NCBI GenBank assembly: GCA_963682135.1
Contig: OY821645.1
Coordinates: 2,016,001 to 2,080,000, forward strand
Direction of reading: 5' to 3'
Length of the DNA stretch: 64,000 nt
Source of the DNA: Methanothrix sp.
Lineage (GTDB): Archaea > Halobacteriota > Methanosarcinia > Methanotrichales > Methanotrichaceae
Shown here: in pieces, positions 10,221-23,900 of the stretch
Layout: each line of letters begins with the position of its first letter
Numbering within the stretch: the first letter of the stretch is position 1
The notes under the pieces: generated by a model
Told to the model about the DNA's origin: nothing
Databases searched by the model: none
Seen by the model: only the letters and a program-made list of their open reading frames with translations
Program-made: the position numbers and the translations under genes

Positions 10221-11567
10221 TTACATTTCTCCTGTCTTCGATCCCGGGGAAAATCTCTTCATAAGGCGCTTCATATTCATCTTGCCAGCCCCGCCTCTCA
10301 TGCCTTTGATCGCCTTTTGCATGGCCTGATGGGACTTGAGAAGCTCACGAACCACCTCCGGAGTGGCGCCGCTGCCTCGGGATATGCGCTTGATACGTGA
10401 GGCGGTTATTATTTTAGGGTCCTCCAGCTCGTTGGCAGTCATGGAGTCCATGATCACCCGGTACTTGTCCAGGCGGTCTTTGGTCATCTGATACTCTTTA
10501 TCAGAGAGTTCCAGTCCCAGGCCGCCCATGGGCAGCATCTGCATGATCTGCTTTAGGGGTCCCAGCTTGTTCATAGCCTCCATCTGGTGGTACATATCTT
10601 TCAGGGTGAACTTGCCCCGCATGAGCGACTCAACGTCCACCTGGGTATCGGTCTGCACCTCCTGGGCTCTCTCGATAAGCGTCTTGATGTCGCCCATGCC
10701 CAGCATGCGGGATATGAATCGGTCCGCTTCGAATTTTTCCAGGTCGGTAGGCGTCTCGCCCATGCCAATGAAGGCCACGGAGGTCTTGGTCTCAGCCACT
10801 GCGGAGAGCGCTCCCCCGCCCTTGGCTGTACCGTCGAGCTTGGTGATGATGACGCCCGTGATCTGTACCGCTTCGTTAAAGGCGCGCGCCTGTTCGGAAG
10901 CCTGCTGGCCCAAGGCGGCGTCCATCACCAGCAATTTTTGCTCGGCATTGACCACGGCGTGAATGTCCTTCATCTCCTGGATCAGATCGCCCTCCAGGGC
11001 ATGCCTGCCGGCCGTATCGACGATGCGAATGTCATACTTCTTGGCAATCTCCAGGCCGGCCTTGGCTACAGCAGGTGCATCGGGGTTGCCCTTGTCCCCG
11101 TAAAAAAAGACTCCCTGTCTCTCGCAGAGTGCCTTTAGCTGATCATAGGCTCCGGCGCGAAAGGTATCGGCACAGATGACTGCCGTTCGCAGCCCCTTTC
11201 GCTGGAAGAAGGTGGCAAGTTTCGCTGCGGTGGTGGTCTTTCCCGATCCTTGCAGTCCCACAAGCATGATGTTCTGTTTTTTCAGGGGAATGTCAGAGCC
11301 GCGGCCTACCAGGTTGATCAGCTCCTGATAGACGATATTGATGACGTGCTCGCGCGGGTTCATGCCCGCAGCCGGCTTTTCATTTAGGGCTCTCTCTTTG
11401 ATGGTGGTGGAGAGCTGCATCACCAGCTTGACATTCACATCTGCCTGCAGAAGCGCCCGCTGAATCTCCCGCACGGCATCGTCTACTAAAGCCTTATCTA
11501 TCTTATTCGCCGACGCAATCTTTTTTAGAGCGTTACGCAGCGATCCGCCTAAGTTTTCCAGGACCAT
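10221..11567 (-). CDS. srp54: Signal recognition particle protein Srp54
   Basis: [25 protein letters not shown] and Met-rich M domain. Confidence 0.98.
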   Translation of the reverse strand: MVLENLGGSLRNALKKIASANKIDKALVDDAVREIQRALLQADVNVKLVMQLSTTIKERALNEKPAAGMNPREHVINIVYQELINLVGRGSDIPLKKQNIMLVGLQGSGKTTTAAKLATFFQRKGLRTAVICADTFRAGAYDQLKALCERQGVFFYGDKGNPDAPAVAKAGLEIAKKYDIRIVDTAGRHALEGDLIQEMKDIHAVVNAEQKLLVMDAALGQQASEQARAFNEAVQITGVIITKLDGTAKGGGALSAVAETKTSVAFIGMGETPTDLEKFEADRFISRMLGMGDIKTLIERAQEVQTDTQVDVESLMRGKFTLKDMYHQMEAMNKLGPLKQIMQMLPMGGLGLELSDKEYQMTKDRLDKYRVIMDSMTANELEDPKIITASRIKRISRGSGATPEVVRELLKSHQAMQKAIKGMRGGAGKMNMKRLMKRFSPGSKTGEM

Positions 11568-11706
11568 AGTGCTTCAGGCATGAGGAGGCGGGCAAACCAT
11601 ATAAAAATGTTCCTTGCAGAAATCTCCCTTGCCGAAAAAAAAGGTTGCCCACAGATGGAAAAATAGCCTGAAAAAAAAATGGAAACGCAGGTGGCAATAC
11701 CACTGC

Positions 11707-13623
11707 TCAGTCAGGCATTTTTAGGGATTGTCTCTGCAAAATCACGCCACCCCTTGCCAATTCTGCCAATAATCCATTCGCTTGGATGATGTCTTCCTTG
11801 GCCACATCCTTGAATAGGTCTTCGTAAGCCTTTGACAACTCAGCCGGCTTGCCGGCCTCCAATGAGATTGTATCATTCTCCTTAAAGTCTCCAAAGACCA
11901 CCCTTCCCTCCAATAAGGTAGTCAACACTTCCGCTCTGTTGATTTCTTCGGGTGGCAGCTTGAACAGGTTTCTATCAATCACTATCAAATCAGCCAATTT
12001 GCCAACTTCCAGAGATCCGGTCTCGTTCTCCATGAAGCTGGCATACGCTCCGTTGATTGTGGCGCATTCGATCATCGTCTTGAGATCGACCTTTTCCTCC
12101 GGCCAATAAGGTTTAGTGATATTGCTGTACGTCGGCAATGGAAGCCTGGTCACCCCCGTCTTGATCTCATCCAGCGGATTGATTGTAGGATAGTCTCCGC
12201 AGGCAGGGAAGTCGGTTCCAATAGCAACGATCGCACCGTTATCAATGAAGCTCTTCATGGGCATCATGTGCTCTGCTCTCCCTTTCCCCAGGTATGGAAG
12301 ATTATTCTGCTCATAGGTTGCGTCATAGTAGAACCAGTTGGGAGATGGCACGGGAATGACGCCCAGGGCATTAAAGCGCGGCAGGTCTTCTGGCGATACA
12401 ATCACTACATGAGCAATCTTATGCCGGGAGTCCCTCTTGCCGTTCTTCTCCATAGCTCTTTGGTAGGCATCAAGGGCCATCCGGACTGCACCATCTCCAA
12501 TGGCATGTATTTCAATCTGAAATCCGGCTTTATCCAGAGCGTTTATGGTATCATTGAATGTCTCCGGCTTCCAGATGGGTGACGACTTGAATCCGGGGCG
12601 ATCGATATAAGGCTCCAGAAGCAAGGCAGTATGACCCTCAACAACACCATCCAACAATAGCTTTGCCGTCTTCACCTGCACGAGGTCTGACGAATAGTTT
12701 TTTCTCTCTACAATCAGATCTGAGACCTGATTCACACCAAGGCTGGCGTCGCATAACTGCTCTCCTCTAATTCTAACGTCGAGCTTTCCTTCTTTATCCA
12801 GATTTGAGTATGCTTTCATCATGCTTTCGTCGAAGACACCGGAATCCTGGACGGTCGTAATCCCAAATCCTTTGGCTATATCCAGTATTCTCGTCATGCC
12901 CTGTTTAATCTCATCTTCACTAATGGGCGCAAGCTTAGCAATGATTAGGGCCGCAGCAGATGTCTCTCTTAGGGTCCCGGAGGGATTGCCCAGCGAATCG
13001 CGCTCAATAATGCCGCCCGCGGGATCTGGTGTCATATTGGTGATGCCTGCCATCTCCAGGGCCTTGGAATTGGCCCAGGCGGAATGACCATCTAGGGCAA
13101 AAAGAATCACTGGCTTATCGGGGACAATCGAATCAATGAGTTCTTTTGTCGGTCCTTTTGCACCAAATGCTGGATAGTTCCAGCCAAATCCACGGATAAC
13201 CCTGGAATCAGGATTTTTCGATGCGTATTCCTTTATCAATTTCAGATAACCGTCGCTGGTTGTGGCATTAAACAGGCTCACTCCTGCCAAAAGAAGTGCC
13301 GCGCCGCTTGGATGCGTATGGGCCTCAATGAATCCAGGCAAAACCATCTTGCCGGCAAGGTCTACTATTCTGGTCTTTGAGCCGATGATATCCAAAGCTT
13401 CCGAATCATTGCCCACATAGACGATTCTCTTACCAGCTACAGCTAGGATTTGTTGTGGCTGTTTATCCCAATCAACCTTTCCATTTACGGTATAAATAGT
13501 CCCGTTAAGCAATAACAGGTCAGCTTCATTATTATCAGACGCGTATACCGCAGTTATGATCAACGAAAAAAAAAATGCCAGAAACAACGTTGTCAGAAGC
13601 AGAGCCTTATGACCTATCCTCAT
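11707..13623 (-). CDS. Secreted YtcJ-like metal-dependent amidohydrolase
   Basis: PGFIEAHTH, DGHSAWANS, HAIGD, GSLEVGKLADL; N-terminal signal peptide. Confidence 0.9.
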   Translation of the reverse strand: MRIGHKALLLTTLFLAFFFSLIITAVYASDNNEADLLLLNGTIYTVNGKVDWDKQPQQILAVAGKRIVYVGNDSEALDIIGSKTRIVDLAGKMVLPGFIEAHTHPSGAALLLAGVSLFNATTSDGYLKLIKEYASKNPDSRVIRGFGWNYPAFGAKGPTKELIDSIVPDKPVILFALDGHSAWANSKALEMAGITNMTPDPAGGIIERDSLGNPSGTLRETSAAALIIAKLAPISEDEIKQGMTRILDIAKGFGITTVQDSGVFDESMMKAYSNLDKEGKLDVRIRGEQLCDASLGVNQVSDLIVERKNYSSDLVQVKTAKLLLDGVVEGHTALLLEPYIDRPGFKSSPIWKPETFNDTINALDKAGFQIEIHAIGDGAVRMALDAYQRAMEKNGKRDSRHKIAHVVIVSPEDLPRFNALGVIPVPSPNWFYYDATYEQNNLPYLGKGRAEHMMPMKSFIDNGAIVAIGTDFPACGDYPTINPLDEIKTGVTRLPLPTYSNITKPYWPEEKVDLKTMIECATINGAYASFMENETGSLEVGKLADLIVIDRNLFKLPPEEINRAEVLTTLLEGRVVFGDFKENDTISLEAGKPAELSKAYEDLFKDVAKEDIIQANGLLAELARGGVILQRQSLKMPD

Positions 13624-13784
13624 TTTCGTACCTCAAAATTGCCATCTGTTTGATCAAGAGACCAATTATAACGAACTTGTTCTCTTTATAATTCATTATA
13701 TTTGTATGAATCAATTATATATCCTTTCGGAAGTTCCAAAGTTAGAAAGAATGCATTCAATTAGGAATGCCTCCGATATGTATG

Positions 13785-13954
13785 CTAGTACAGCCGCGCC
13801 TGAATAGAGCCATGATTGTGAGTGGATAATGTGCCTTTGTGAACGGCTGATCGTTCTTCGCGCCTTCGTGGCTTCGCGTGAGATTTAACCGGGTCCTGTT
13901 TCACGCGAAGCCGCGAAGTAAAAACATTGGTTTATTTCGTCCTTACTGTACTAG
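13785..13954. mobile_element. Putative MITE with CTAG-TACAG ends and internal hairpin
   Basis: CTAGTACAG (13785) and CTGTACTAG (ends 13954), weak subterminal similarity; 18-bp internal inverted repeat 13864-13881/13901-13918. Confidence 0.55.
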
Positions 13955-14071
13955 AAAGATTGAGCCGCGCACAGTTGTGCGCCGAAAATTCGACTCGCCT
14001 CGTAGGGTGTCGACCATAAGAGTACCAGCGTGACCCGTCCTCGCATCTCAGGCCGAAACCGGAAGGCAATC

Positions 14072-14139
14072 TTTATAGGGGATGACATCTTCACCAGGGT
14101 TGCGGCGCAAGGGATGCGCCCAACCGATAAAGGTTTAAG
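14072..14139 (+). promoter_or_regulatory. Tandem TATA promoters upstream of tRNA-Cys
   Basis: TTTATA at 14072 and TTTAAG at 14134 (after GATAAAGG), separated by a GC hairpin. Confidence 0.5.
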
Positions 14140-14174
14140 TCAGATCGACAATCTTATCGGACGCCAACACACTT

Positions 14175-14246
14175 GCCAAGGTGGCGGAGCGGCTACGCAA
14201 ATGCCTGCAGAGCATTACCACTCCGGTTCGAATCCGGACCTTGGCT
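14175..14246 (+). tRNA. tRNA-Cys(GCA)
   Basis: GCCAAGG/CCTTGGC acceptor stem, AATGC-CTGCAGA-GCATT anticodon arm, GGTTCGAATCC, U discriminator. Confidence 0.97.
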
Positions 14247-14486
14247 TAAATAATTTGGTGCTGCAATTCTGTGTGACACTCTTCTTATAATTTTTGAGGA
14301 AACTCTGCTCTGAGCCAACCTTGTTTGTCCTCGATGACGGGATGAATAATTCCCTCGTATTATTCTCATCATTCCAGTATGGGGCATTGCATCAAATGTT
14401 TTGATAAAAATTTAGATATATTTCAGGGAAAAGCTTATATCGTCTCAGGTTATTTCGTTACAGTCCTAATTATTCAGGAGGCTTAA

Positions 14487-16385
<1,899 letters not shown>

Positions 16386-16400
16386 TGTCTGATAATTGAG

Positions 16401-18800
16401 GTGGCTTTGACAGAAGTATTGGTTAACATCACTGAGGAGATGAAATCCTCCTACATTGATTATGCTATGAGTGTGATTGTGAGTCGAGCCTTGCCAGACG
16501 TGCGCGATGGCCTCAAGCCCGTTCATCGGCGCATACTCTATGCCATGAATGAGCAAGGCATGACCCACGACCAGCCCTACAAGAAATCGGCGCGTGTGGT
16601 GGGAGATGTCATGGGTAAGTACCATCCCCACGGGGATGCGGCTATCTATGAAACAATGGTGCGCATGGCCCAGCCATTCTCCATGCGATACCCCCTCATC
16701 GACGGCCAGGGAAACTTCGGTTCCGTCGATGGAGATCCGGCTGCAGCCATGCGTTACACTGAGGTTCGCCTCTCCAAGATCGCCGAAGAGATGCTGGTGG
16801 ATATTGAGAAGAACACAGTGGACTTTATCCCCAATTATGACGGCTCGCTGAAAGAGCCCGTTGTGCTGCCGGCAAAGCTGCCCGATCTACTCCTCAACGG
16901 TTCCAGTGGCATTGCCGTGGGCATGGCCACCAATATTCCGCCCCATAACCTGACGGAGCTATGCGGTGCCATCATTCACCTCATCGACGAGCCCCAGGCG
17001 TCGCTTTCTGAGCTAATGCACATCTTGCCAGGGCCCGACTTTCCCACCGGCGCCTACATCGTGGGCCGGGCAGGAATTGAGGCCGCCTATCAAACCGGCA
17101 AGGGCAGCATTCTGATGAAGGCCAAGTCGGAGATTGAGGAAGGGACGAGAAGCACAAAGCTCGTCTTTACACAGCTGCCCTACCAGGTCAATAAGGCCAA
17201 GCTAATCGAGGATATGGCAGAGATGGTCAAAGGCGGTCGTCTGGAGGGTATATCCGATCTGCGGGACGAGTCGGATAGGGACGGCATTCGCATGGTGGTG
17301 GAGGTCAAGAGCGGATTTAATGTTCACGTGGTATTAAATCAACTGTATAAACACACGGCTCTTCAGACCAGCTTCGGCATCAACAATATGGTCCTAATAG
17401 ACGGTCTGCCCAAGATCGCCTCTTTGAAGGAGACCCTGGAGAATTATATCCACTACCGAACGCTAGTGATTGAGAGGCGCACCAGATTCGAGCTTGATGC
17501 TGCCGAGAAGAGGGCTCATATCCTGGCGGGTCTGCTCATCGCTCTGCGCAACATCGATGAGGTAATAAGAATAATCAAAGCTGCGCATTCTCCCGTAGAG
17601 GCAAGAGATGCCCTGATTGAGGCCTTCTTACTCAGCGAGGAGCAGGCCAAGGCTATTTTGGATATGAGGCTGCAGCGGCTCACCGGTCTCGAGCAGGAGA
17701 AGATAGTCTCCGAGGCGGCTGACCTCGAAAAGCTCATTGCCAAATTGAGGAAGATCCTCGCTAGCAACCTGGAGATCTTGAGCATCATCAAGGAAGAACT
17801 GACATATCTCATCGATACCTACGGGGATGAGCGGCGCACTCAAATCATCGAGGCGGAGGGCGAGGTTTCCCGGGAGGATCTCATACAGGAGGAGGAGGTG
17901 GCGGTTACTATCACCTCTTCCGGGTACATCAAACGCCAGCCCCTTACGGCTTACCGCATGCAGCGGCGCGGTGGGCGGGGAGTCATTGGAGCTGAGACCA
18001 AGAGCGAGGAATTTGTAACCGACGTCTTTACCGCCTCCACCAAGGATTATCTGCTCTTCTTCACAGACAAGGGCAAGTCCCACTGGCTCAAGGTATATGA
18101 GGTTCCATCCCTGGGAAGGGCAACTCGGGGCAAGTCCATTGTCAATCTTCTGCAACTGGAGCCTGATGAGAAGATCACGGGCGCAATACCAGTGAAGAGC
18201 TTTGATTCGGGTTTCATAATCCTTGTGACCCGAGCCGGCAGCATTGTCAAGATGCCTTTGCAGGCATTTTCCAATCCGAGAAAGGGCGGTATCAAGGCCG
18301 TAAACCTGAAAGGAGACAGCTTGGTCTCGGCCAAGCTCACGGACGGAAGCAAGGAGCTGTTGGTGGCCACAAAGTTTGGCAAAGCCATCCGCTTCAAGGA
18401 GGATGATGTGCGTGCCTCCAATCGTGGCACCATGGGTGTGAAGGCCATCAGCCTGAACATGGGAGATGAGCTCATCAGCATGGATGTAATCCGGCCTAGC
18501 GCTAATTTCACATTGCTCACCATTACCAATCAGGGCTATGGCAAAAGGACTGAGCTGGAGGAGTATCCCCAGCAGAGGCGCGGTGGCAAGGGCGTCAAGA
18601 ACATCGATGCCCGAAAGGGTTTCGTCTGCTGCACAACCACTGTTTCTGAAGACGATGAGCTGCTGGTCACCACCAAGGACGGAGTGGTGATCCGAATTCC
18701 GGCCAGCGAGATACGGGTGCAGGGTCGTTCCACGCAGGGCGTGCGCATCATGAATGTCAAGCCGGGCGATGAGGTGTCGGCGGTGGCCAGGATTACCTGA
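16401..18800 (+). CDS. gyrA: DNA gyrase subunit A
   Basis: [19 protein letters not shown] catalytic Tyr, GyrA-box QRRGGRG. Confidence 0.98.
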   Translation: MALTEVLVNITEEMKSSYIDYAMSVIVSRALPDVRDGLKPVHRRILYAMNEQGMTHDQPYKKSARVVGDVMGKYHPHGDAAIYETMVRMAQPFSMRYPLIDGQGNFGSVDGDPAAAMRYTEVRLSKIAEEMLVDIEKNTVDFIPNYDGSLKEPVVLPAKLPDLLLNGSSGIAVGMATNIPPHNLTELCGAIIHLIDEPQASLSELMHILPGPDFPTGAYIVGRAGIEAAYQTGKGSILMKAKSEIEEGTRSTKLVFTQLPYQVNKAKLIEDMAEMVKGGRLEGISDLRDESDRDGIRMVVEVKSGFNVHVVLNQLYKHTALQTSFGINNMVLIDGLPKIASLKETLENYIHYRTLVIERRTRFELDAAEKRAHILAGLLIALRNIDEVIRIIKAAHSPVEARDALIEAFLLSEEQAKAILDMRLQRLTGLEQEKIVSEAADLEKLIAKLRKILASNLEILSIIKEELTYLIDTYGDERRTQIIEAEGEVSREDLIQEEEVAVTITSSGYIKRQPLTAYRMQRRGGRGVIGAETKSEEFVTDVFTASTKDYLLFFTDKGKSHWLKVYEVPSLGRATRGKSIVNLLQLEPDEKITGAIPVKSFDSGFIILVTRAGSIVKMPLQAFSNPRKGGIKAVNLKGDSLVSAKLTDGSKELLVATKFGKAIRFKEDDVRASNRGTMGVKAISLNMGDELISMDVIRPSANFTLLTITNQGYGKRTELEEYPQQRRGGKGVKNIDARKGFVCCTTTVSEDDELLVTTKDGVVIRIPASEIRVQGRSTQGVRIMNVKPGDEVSAVARIT

Positions 18801-18939
18801 GGCATATCGCCATATTTTTTAGATAATCTCCGGGCCCGACTCTTCGAAAGGTGCCGCATGCCGGCGGGGCGAAGGTCAATGTCGTCCCCGCCTTCTCTCC
18901 TTCGCAAAGCTTCACTCCGGCTTTCCAATAGCATCACTC

Positions 18940-19043
18940 TTGGTTCTATTTTATATTTTACTATTGGGGGAATCGTTATGAACGACTACAGTCAATGGGA
19001 TGGTGCCGCTTCACCCAAGCCGCCTGTGAGAGCTGACTGTTGA
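18940..19043 (+). pseudogene. Collapsed relic of a histidine kinase C-terminus plus response regulator
   Basis: 18970-18988 matches 24548-24566 at 17/19 nt (HK-end/RR-start junction, MNDY); YFTI resembles YFTL. Confidence 0.55.
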
Positions 19044-19055
19044 TGAGGATTAGCT

Positions 19056-20990
19056 ATGACCCGTTCACTTAAAGTCCTTATATTGGAGGATGTAGAGGCA
19101 GATGCAGAGCTTATGGTCCATGAGCTGGTGCAGGAGGGTTTCTTGCCGGATTGGATCCGAGTAGATACGGAAAACTCGTATCTAAGCGCTCTGGGATCGG
19201 ACCCGGATCTGATCCTGTCGGATTTCATTCTGCCTCAGTTCGATGCTTTTCTGGCCTTGCAGCTCATGCAGGAACAGAAGCTGGATATTCCTTTTATTGT
19301 TATCAGCGGGGCCATAACTGAGGATGTTGCCGTCGAGTTTATGAAAAGAGGAGCCTCCGACTATCTGCTCAAGGACCGCATGGCCCGGTTAGGTCAGGCG
19401 GTCGTCCGGGCTCTGGAGCAAAAAGAACTGCGTGAAGAGAAGAGAAGGACTGAAGAGGCACTGAGGGAGAACGAACGACGATTCCGAATTGTCTCTGAGC
19501 TGATCACGGATTTTGCGTATTCTTGCGTTATGTTATCAGATGGAACTTTAAAAATTGAATGGATGACCGGAGCAATTGAGAAGATCACCGGGTATACGAT
19601 TGATGAGATCCGGGATATGATCTGCTGGCGGCCCATTGTTTTAGACGATGACATTCCTGTTTTTGAGCGTTACGTAGAAGGCCTCTCACCGGGAGAATCA
19701 GCTCGTTCCGAGATTCGGATTCGGAAAAAGGACGGAGGAATTGTCTGGCTGGCATCATTTGCACAATGCCTTATCGACCAACATGGCCCGAAAATACACC
19801 GCATCTATGGCGGGTGTCGTGACATCACCGAACGCAAGCAGGCGGAAGAGATATTGCGCAGGAACGAGGAGCATTTGCACTTGGCAACTCAAAGTGCAAA
19901 TCTGGGAACTTACACCTACGATTATATTTCCGGACAACGCTATCTGTCACCTAAACTTAAGGCGCTCTATGGCTTGAAGGCGGATGAACCACTCATTTTG
20001 GATGAAGATCAGGTAGCTGTCGCTGTTCATCCTGATGATCGGTCTGCCTTCTTATCTGCAATGATGGCTGCTAATGATCCTTACGGAAAATCGGATGGTG
20101 TTTTGGAAGTGGATTATCGCATCATTCTCACTGATGGTTCGATCCGGTGGTTGAGAATTCATGGTCACACCGAGTATATAGAAGAAATCAACAATCGACG
20201 CCCATGGCGTGCCTCAGGTGTGGTGATCGATATAACCGAATACAAGAATGCGGAACGAGCGATGCTCAAGACATCGGAAGACCTGGAACGATCCAATGCC
20301 GATCTGGTGCAGTTCGCCTATGTCGCATCTCACGATCTCCAAGAGCCGCTTCGCACAATAACTCGTTTTGTACAGCTTCTTGAGAATCGTTACAAAGGTA
20401 GGCTCGATCAGGATGCAGACGAGTTCATAGACTTTATTGTCGGGGGAACGAAACGAATGCAACAGCTCATTAACGATCTGTTGACATATTCGCGGGTAAA
20501 TACAAGGAGTGAGCCGCTCGCCTTCATGAAACTTGAGGATGCACTGCAAAGAGCCCTGCAAAATCTCAGTTATGTTCTGGTGGAGTCCGAGGGCACGGTC
20601 ACATACGATGAAATGCCGACAATTGTTGCAGATGAGCTGCAAATGACTCAGCTGTTTCAGAATCTCATCGGCAATGCGCTGAAGTTTCATGGAGAAGAAT
20701 CACCCAAGGTGAATATATCCGCGATTAGAAACGAAAATGATTGGATTATTTCCGTTCGGGATAATGGTATAGGAATTGATCTAAAGTATAAAGATCGCAT
20801 CTTTGAGCTATTTCAGCGGCTCCATACCCGTGAAGAGTACCCAGGCACCGGCATTGGACTGACCATCGCCAAGAAGATCGTGCAACGACACGGGGGGCAG
20901 ATATGGGTGGACAGCGAGCCGGGGAGAGGCACGACATTCAGTTTTAGCATCCCTGCAATGACAGATGGGGATCCGAGAGTGGGTGATTGA
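19056..20990 (+). CDS. REC-PAS-PAS histidine kinase
   Basis: N-terminal receiver (ILED, SD, K), PAS/PAC repeats, H-box ASHDLQEPLR, DNGIG, GTGIGL. Confidence 0.93.
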   Translation: MTRSLKVLILEDVEADAELMVHELVQEGFLPDWIRVDTENSYLSALGSDPDLILSDFILPQFDAFLALQLMQEQKLDIPFIVISGAITEDVAVEFMKRGASDYLLKDRMARLGQAVVRALEQKELREEKRRTEEALRENERRFRIVSELITDFAYSCVMLSDGTLKIEWMTGAIEKITGYTIDEIRDMICWRPIVLDDDIPVFERYVEGLSPGESARSEIRIRKKDGGIVWLASFAQCLIDQHGPKIHRIYGGCRDITERKQAEEILRRNEEHLHLATQSANLGTYTYDYISGQRYLSPKLKALYGLKADEPLILDEDQVAVAVHPDDRSAFLSAMMAANDPYGKSDGVLEVDYRIILTDGSIRWLRIHGHTEYIEEINNRRPWRASGVVIDITEYKNAERAMLKTSEDLERSNADLVQFAYVASHDLQEPLRTITRFVQLLENRYKGRLDQDADEFIDFIVGGTKRMQQLINDLLTYSRVNTRSEPLAFMKLEDALQRALQNLSYVLVESEGTVTYDEMPTIVADELQMTQLFQNLIGNALKFHGEESPKVNISAIRNENDWIISVRDNGIGIDLKYKDRIFELFQRLHTREEYPGTGIGLTIAKKIVQRHGGQIWVDSEPGRGTTFSFSIPAMTDGDPRVGD

Positions 20991-23900
20991 AATTGAACCC
21001 TCTCCCCTGGCTTTTTATCATTCTGCTTCTCATTGGTATGCTAACCCATCTTGCGCTGGGAATGTACAGTCGTCGGTTCAAAAAACAGCCCGTTCAGCTA
21101 CCTTTCGAGATTCTGATGTACCTATGCGCACTCTGGACGGTAACCTTTGTGCTGGACATATCAAGCGAAAGCCTTGCCTTCAAAATCTTCCTCATGAAGA
21201 TACGTTTTCTGGGCGTGCCGTTCATTTCACTCAGCCTGATGCTGATTGCAATCCTCTTCTCCGGACATGAAAAGTGGCTGACAAAGAGACGCATGGCACT
21301 CCTCTTGGCAATTCCCGTCATCACTGTATTCTTGGCGCTCACAACGGAGTATTCGACCGTCTTCCGTTACAATTATTCTCTTATTCAGACAGACGCTGGC
21401 TTTTTTGTGCTGGGCTTTGCAAACGGAATCTGGACTCGGACCGTTTATTTGCCATTCAATTATCTAGAGGAAGCTGTTACTCTGCTGCTCCTCCTCCAGA
21501 TGATATTTGGGAGCATGAGGCTCTATGCGCGCCAGGCCCTGTTCTTCTTTATTGCGGTTCTGATACCGGCCATCGCTGACATACTCTTCCTTTTCGGCAT
21601 AACTCCGGTTAAGAATTACAATATCGTCCCCAGTACCTTTGCTTTTACAGCCGTCCTTCTGGCAATTGCTCTTTTTCAGTATCGCTTTCTCGATATAGTT
21701 CCAATCGCTCGCAACACCCTCTTCGAACGAATGAGCGATCCAATGCTGGTTATAGATAGGGAAGGCAGATTTGCGGATTTTAATCCGGCTGCGGAAAAGA
21801 CGCTGGGATTATGCCGGGCAACAAATCTCTGGAAGGGTGCGATCGAAAGCCTGCATGATCATGAGCAGCTATGTGCATGCATTAAAGAGACGCATCCAGC
21901 ATGTCGCACCATCACCATCGGAACTGGTGCGGCTGCCCGGGAGTTTGAGATCTCTATGGAGAAGCTGGTATCGGGTGAAGGAGTGCTGCATGAGAAGCTT
22001 ATTCTGCTGCGAGATGTCACCGATTACAGGCGGATGGAGAGAGATGAAGTTCGCCATACAAACCAGATTCAAATGCTCTTGGAGCTTCATCAGCACGCCA
22101 ATAAGTCTGCAGAGTTCATTATGGACTTCGTTCTTGAAGCGACATTAAATACTACACAAAGCTGCTATTCCTGGTTGGGGCTTCTGGACGAAGCCGAGTC
22201 GGTAATGACAATTCGTCGATGGTCAAGGGAAGCGATGGCAGATTGTGCAATCATCGAGAAACCGATTCAATATCCACTCGTTGAAGCCGGGCTATGGGGG
22301 GAATGCATCAAGCAGAGAACGCCGCTATTAATCAACAGCTATGATGACTCTCATCCTGGCAAGAATGGCTTTCCCGGGGGGCATGTGCCTATTCACAGGC
22401 TTCTTGTTGTTCCGATATTTGACGAGGGACGCATCGTTGCCGCTGCCGCGGTTGCCAACAAGCAAGAAATCTATATGAAATACGACCAGGACGCCCTAAC
22501 TTCTCTGTTCAACAAGATGTGGGAAATTTTGAAGCGCAAAAAAGCTGAAGAGGCTCTGCTGGTGAGCGAAGAGAAATTTAGGAAAGCATTCTTTATTAGT
22601 CCTGATTCCGTTAGCATCAATCGTTTAAGTGACGGGATGTTTGTCTCCATAAATCGTGGATTTACAGAGATATCCGGATATACGGATGAGGAGATTATCG
22701 GCAAGACATCATTGGAGATCGATATTTGGAAAAACCAGGCGGATCGAAAAAATATTGTACAAGAATTACTGGCCAAGGGCGAAGTTCGAGATTATGAGGC
22801 CAGTTTTCTCACTAAAAAGGGTGAGATCGACGGCCTGATGTTCGCATCAATTATCGAACTAAATGGTGTACCGCACATTCTCAATATTACTCGTGATATG
22901 ACCGCGCGTAAAAAGGCAGAAAGGTCGCTGCGAGAAAGCGAAGAGAGATATCACACCCTCTATAACAACATGCAGGAGGGTGTGGCTTTGCATGAACTTG
23001 TTTATGATGATATGGGGCAGGCTGTTGAATATAAAATTATTGATGTAAATCCCAAGTTTGTATCCATCCTCAACTTAGCGAGAGACTTCGTTATCAACAA
23101 GCCATCGGCACAGGCTTACGGCACAACCCTCCCTCCCTACCTGTCTCAATACTCTGCAGTTGCTCTAAGCGGCATTCCATCTAATTTTGAAACATATTTT
23201 CCTCCTTTGGATAAGCATCTTGAGATTTCAGTATCTCCATGGGGCTGCAATGGATTTGCCACCATATTCACCGATATTACCGAGCGCAAACGTGCACAAG
23301 AGGAACTTGCCCGTTATGCTCGCCGTCTGATCATCATTAATCGCATGGATCGCATTGTAACTTCCAGTCTGGATATCGAGCAGGTCTACGATCGCTTCGT
23401 CGAGGATCTGAGAGGGCTGGTGCCTATCGACAGGACCTCAATCGTATTGCTCGACGAGTCCGGAGAGCATTGGACCGTGGCCATGATCTGGACGGGATAC
23501 GAGCCGCTCATCAGGAAGGGCGAATGGGGAGATGTCAAAGGCTCGGCGATTGAGTGGATTGTAAACCAAAAGCTGCCACTGGTGGAGAGCGAAATTGGCG
23601 AAAAAGGCGATTGGACGGAAAACGAACCACTCCGTCAAGAGAAAATCAGATCCCGTGTGCTCTTGCCCTTGATCATCAGGGATGAGGTCGCAGGCATGCT
23701 CAGTCTGGCCAGCCGCCAGCCTGCTGCTTTTGGCGAAACGGATCTTGATATTCTGATGCCGCTGTCCGATCAGTTCTCTTTGGCCCTGCAAAACTCCCGG
23801 CTTTACGACCAGCTAAAACAGCAGTCTCAGCAACTGGAAAAGACTGTAGAGGAACGAACGGCTCAATTGAAGAAAGCCAATAAGGAGCTGGAGGCCTTCT

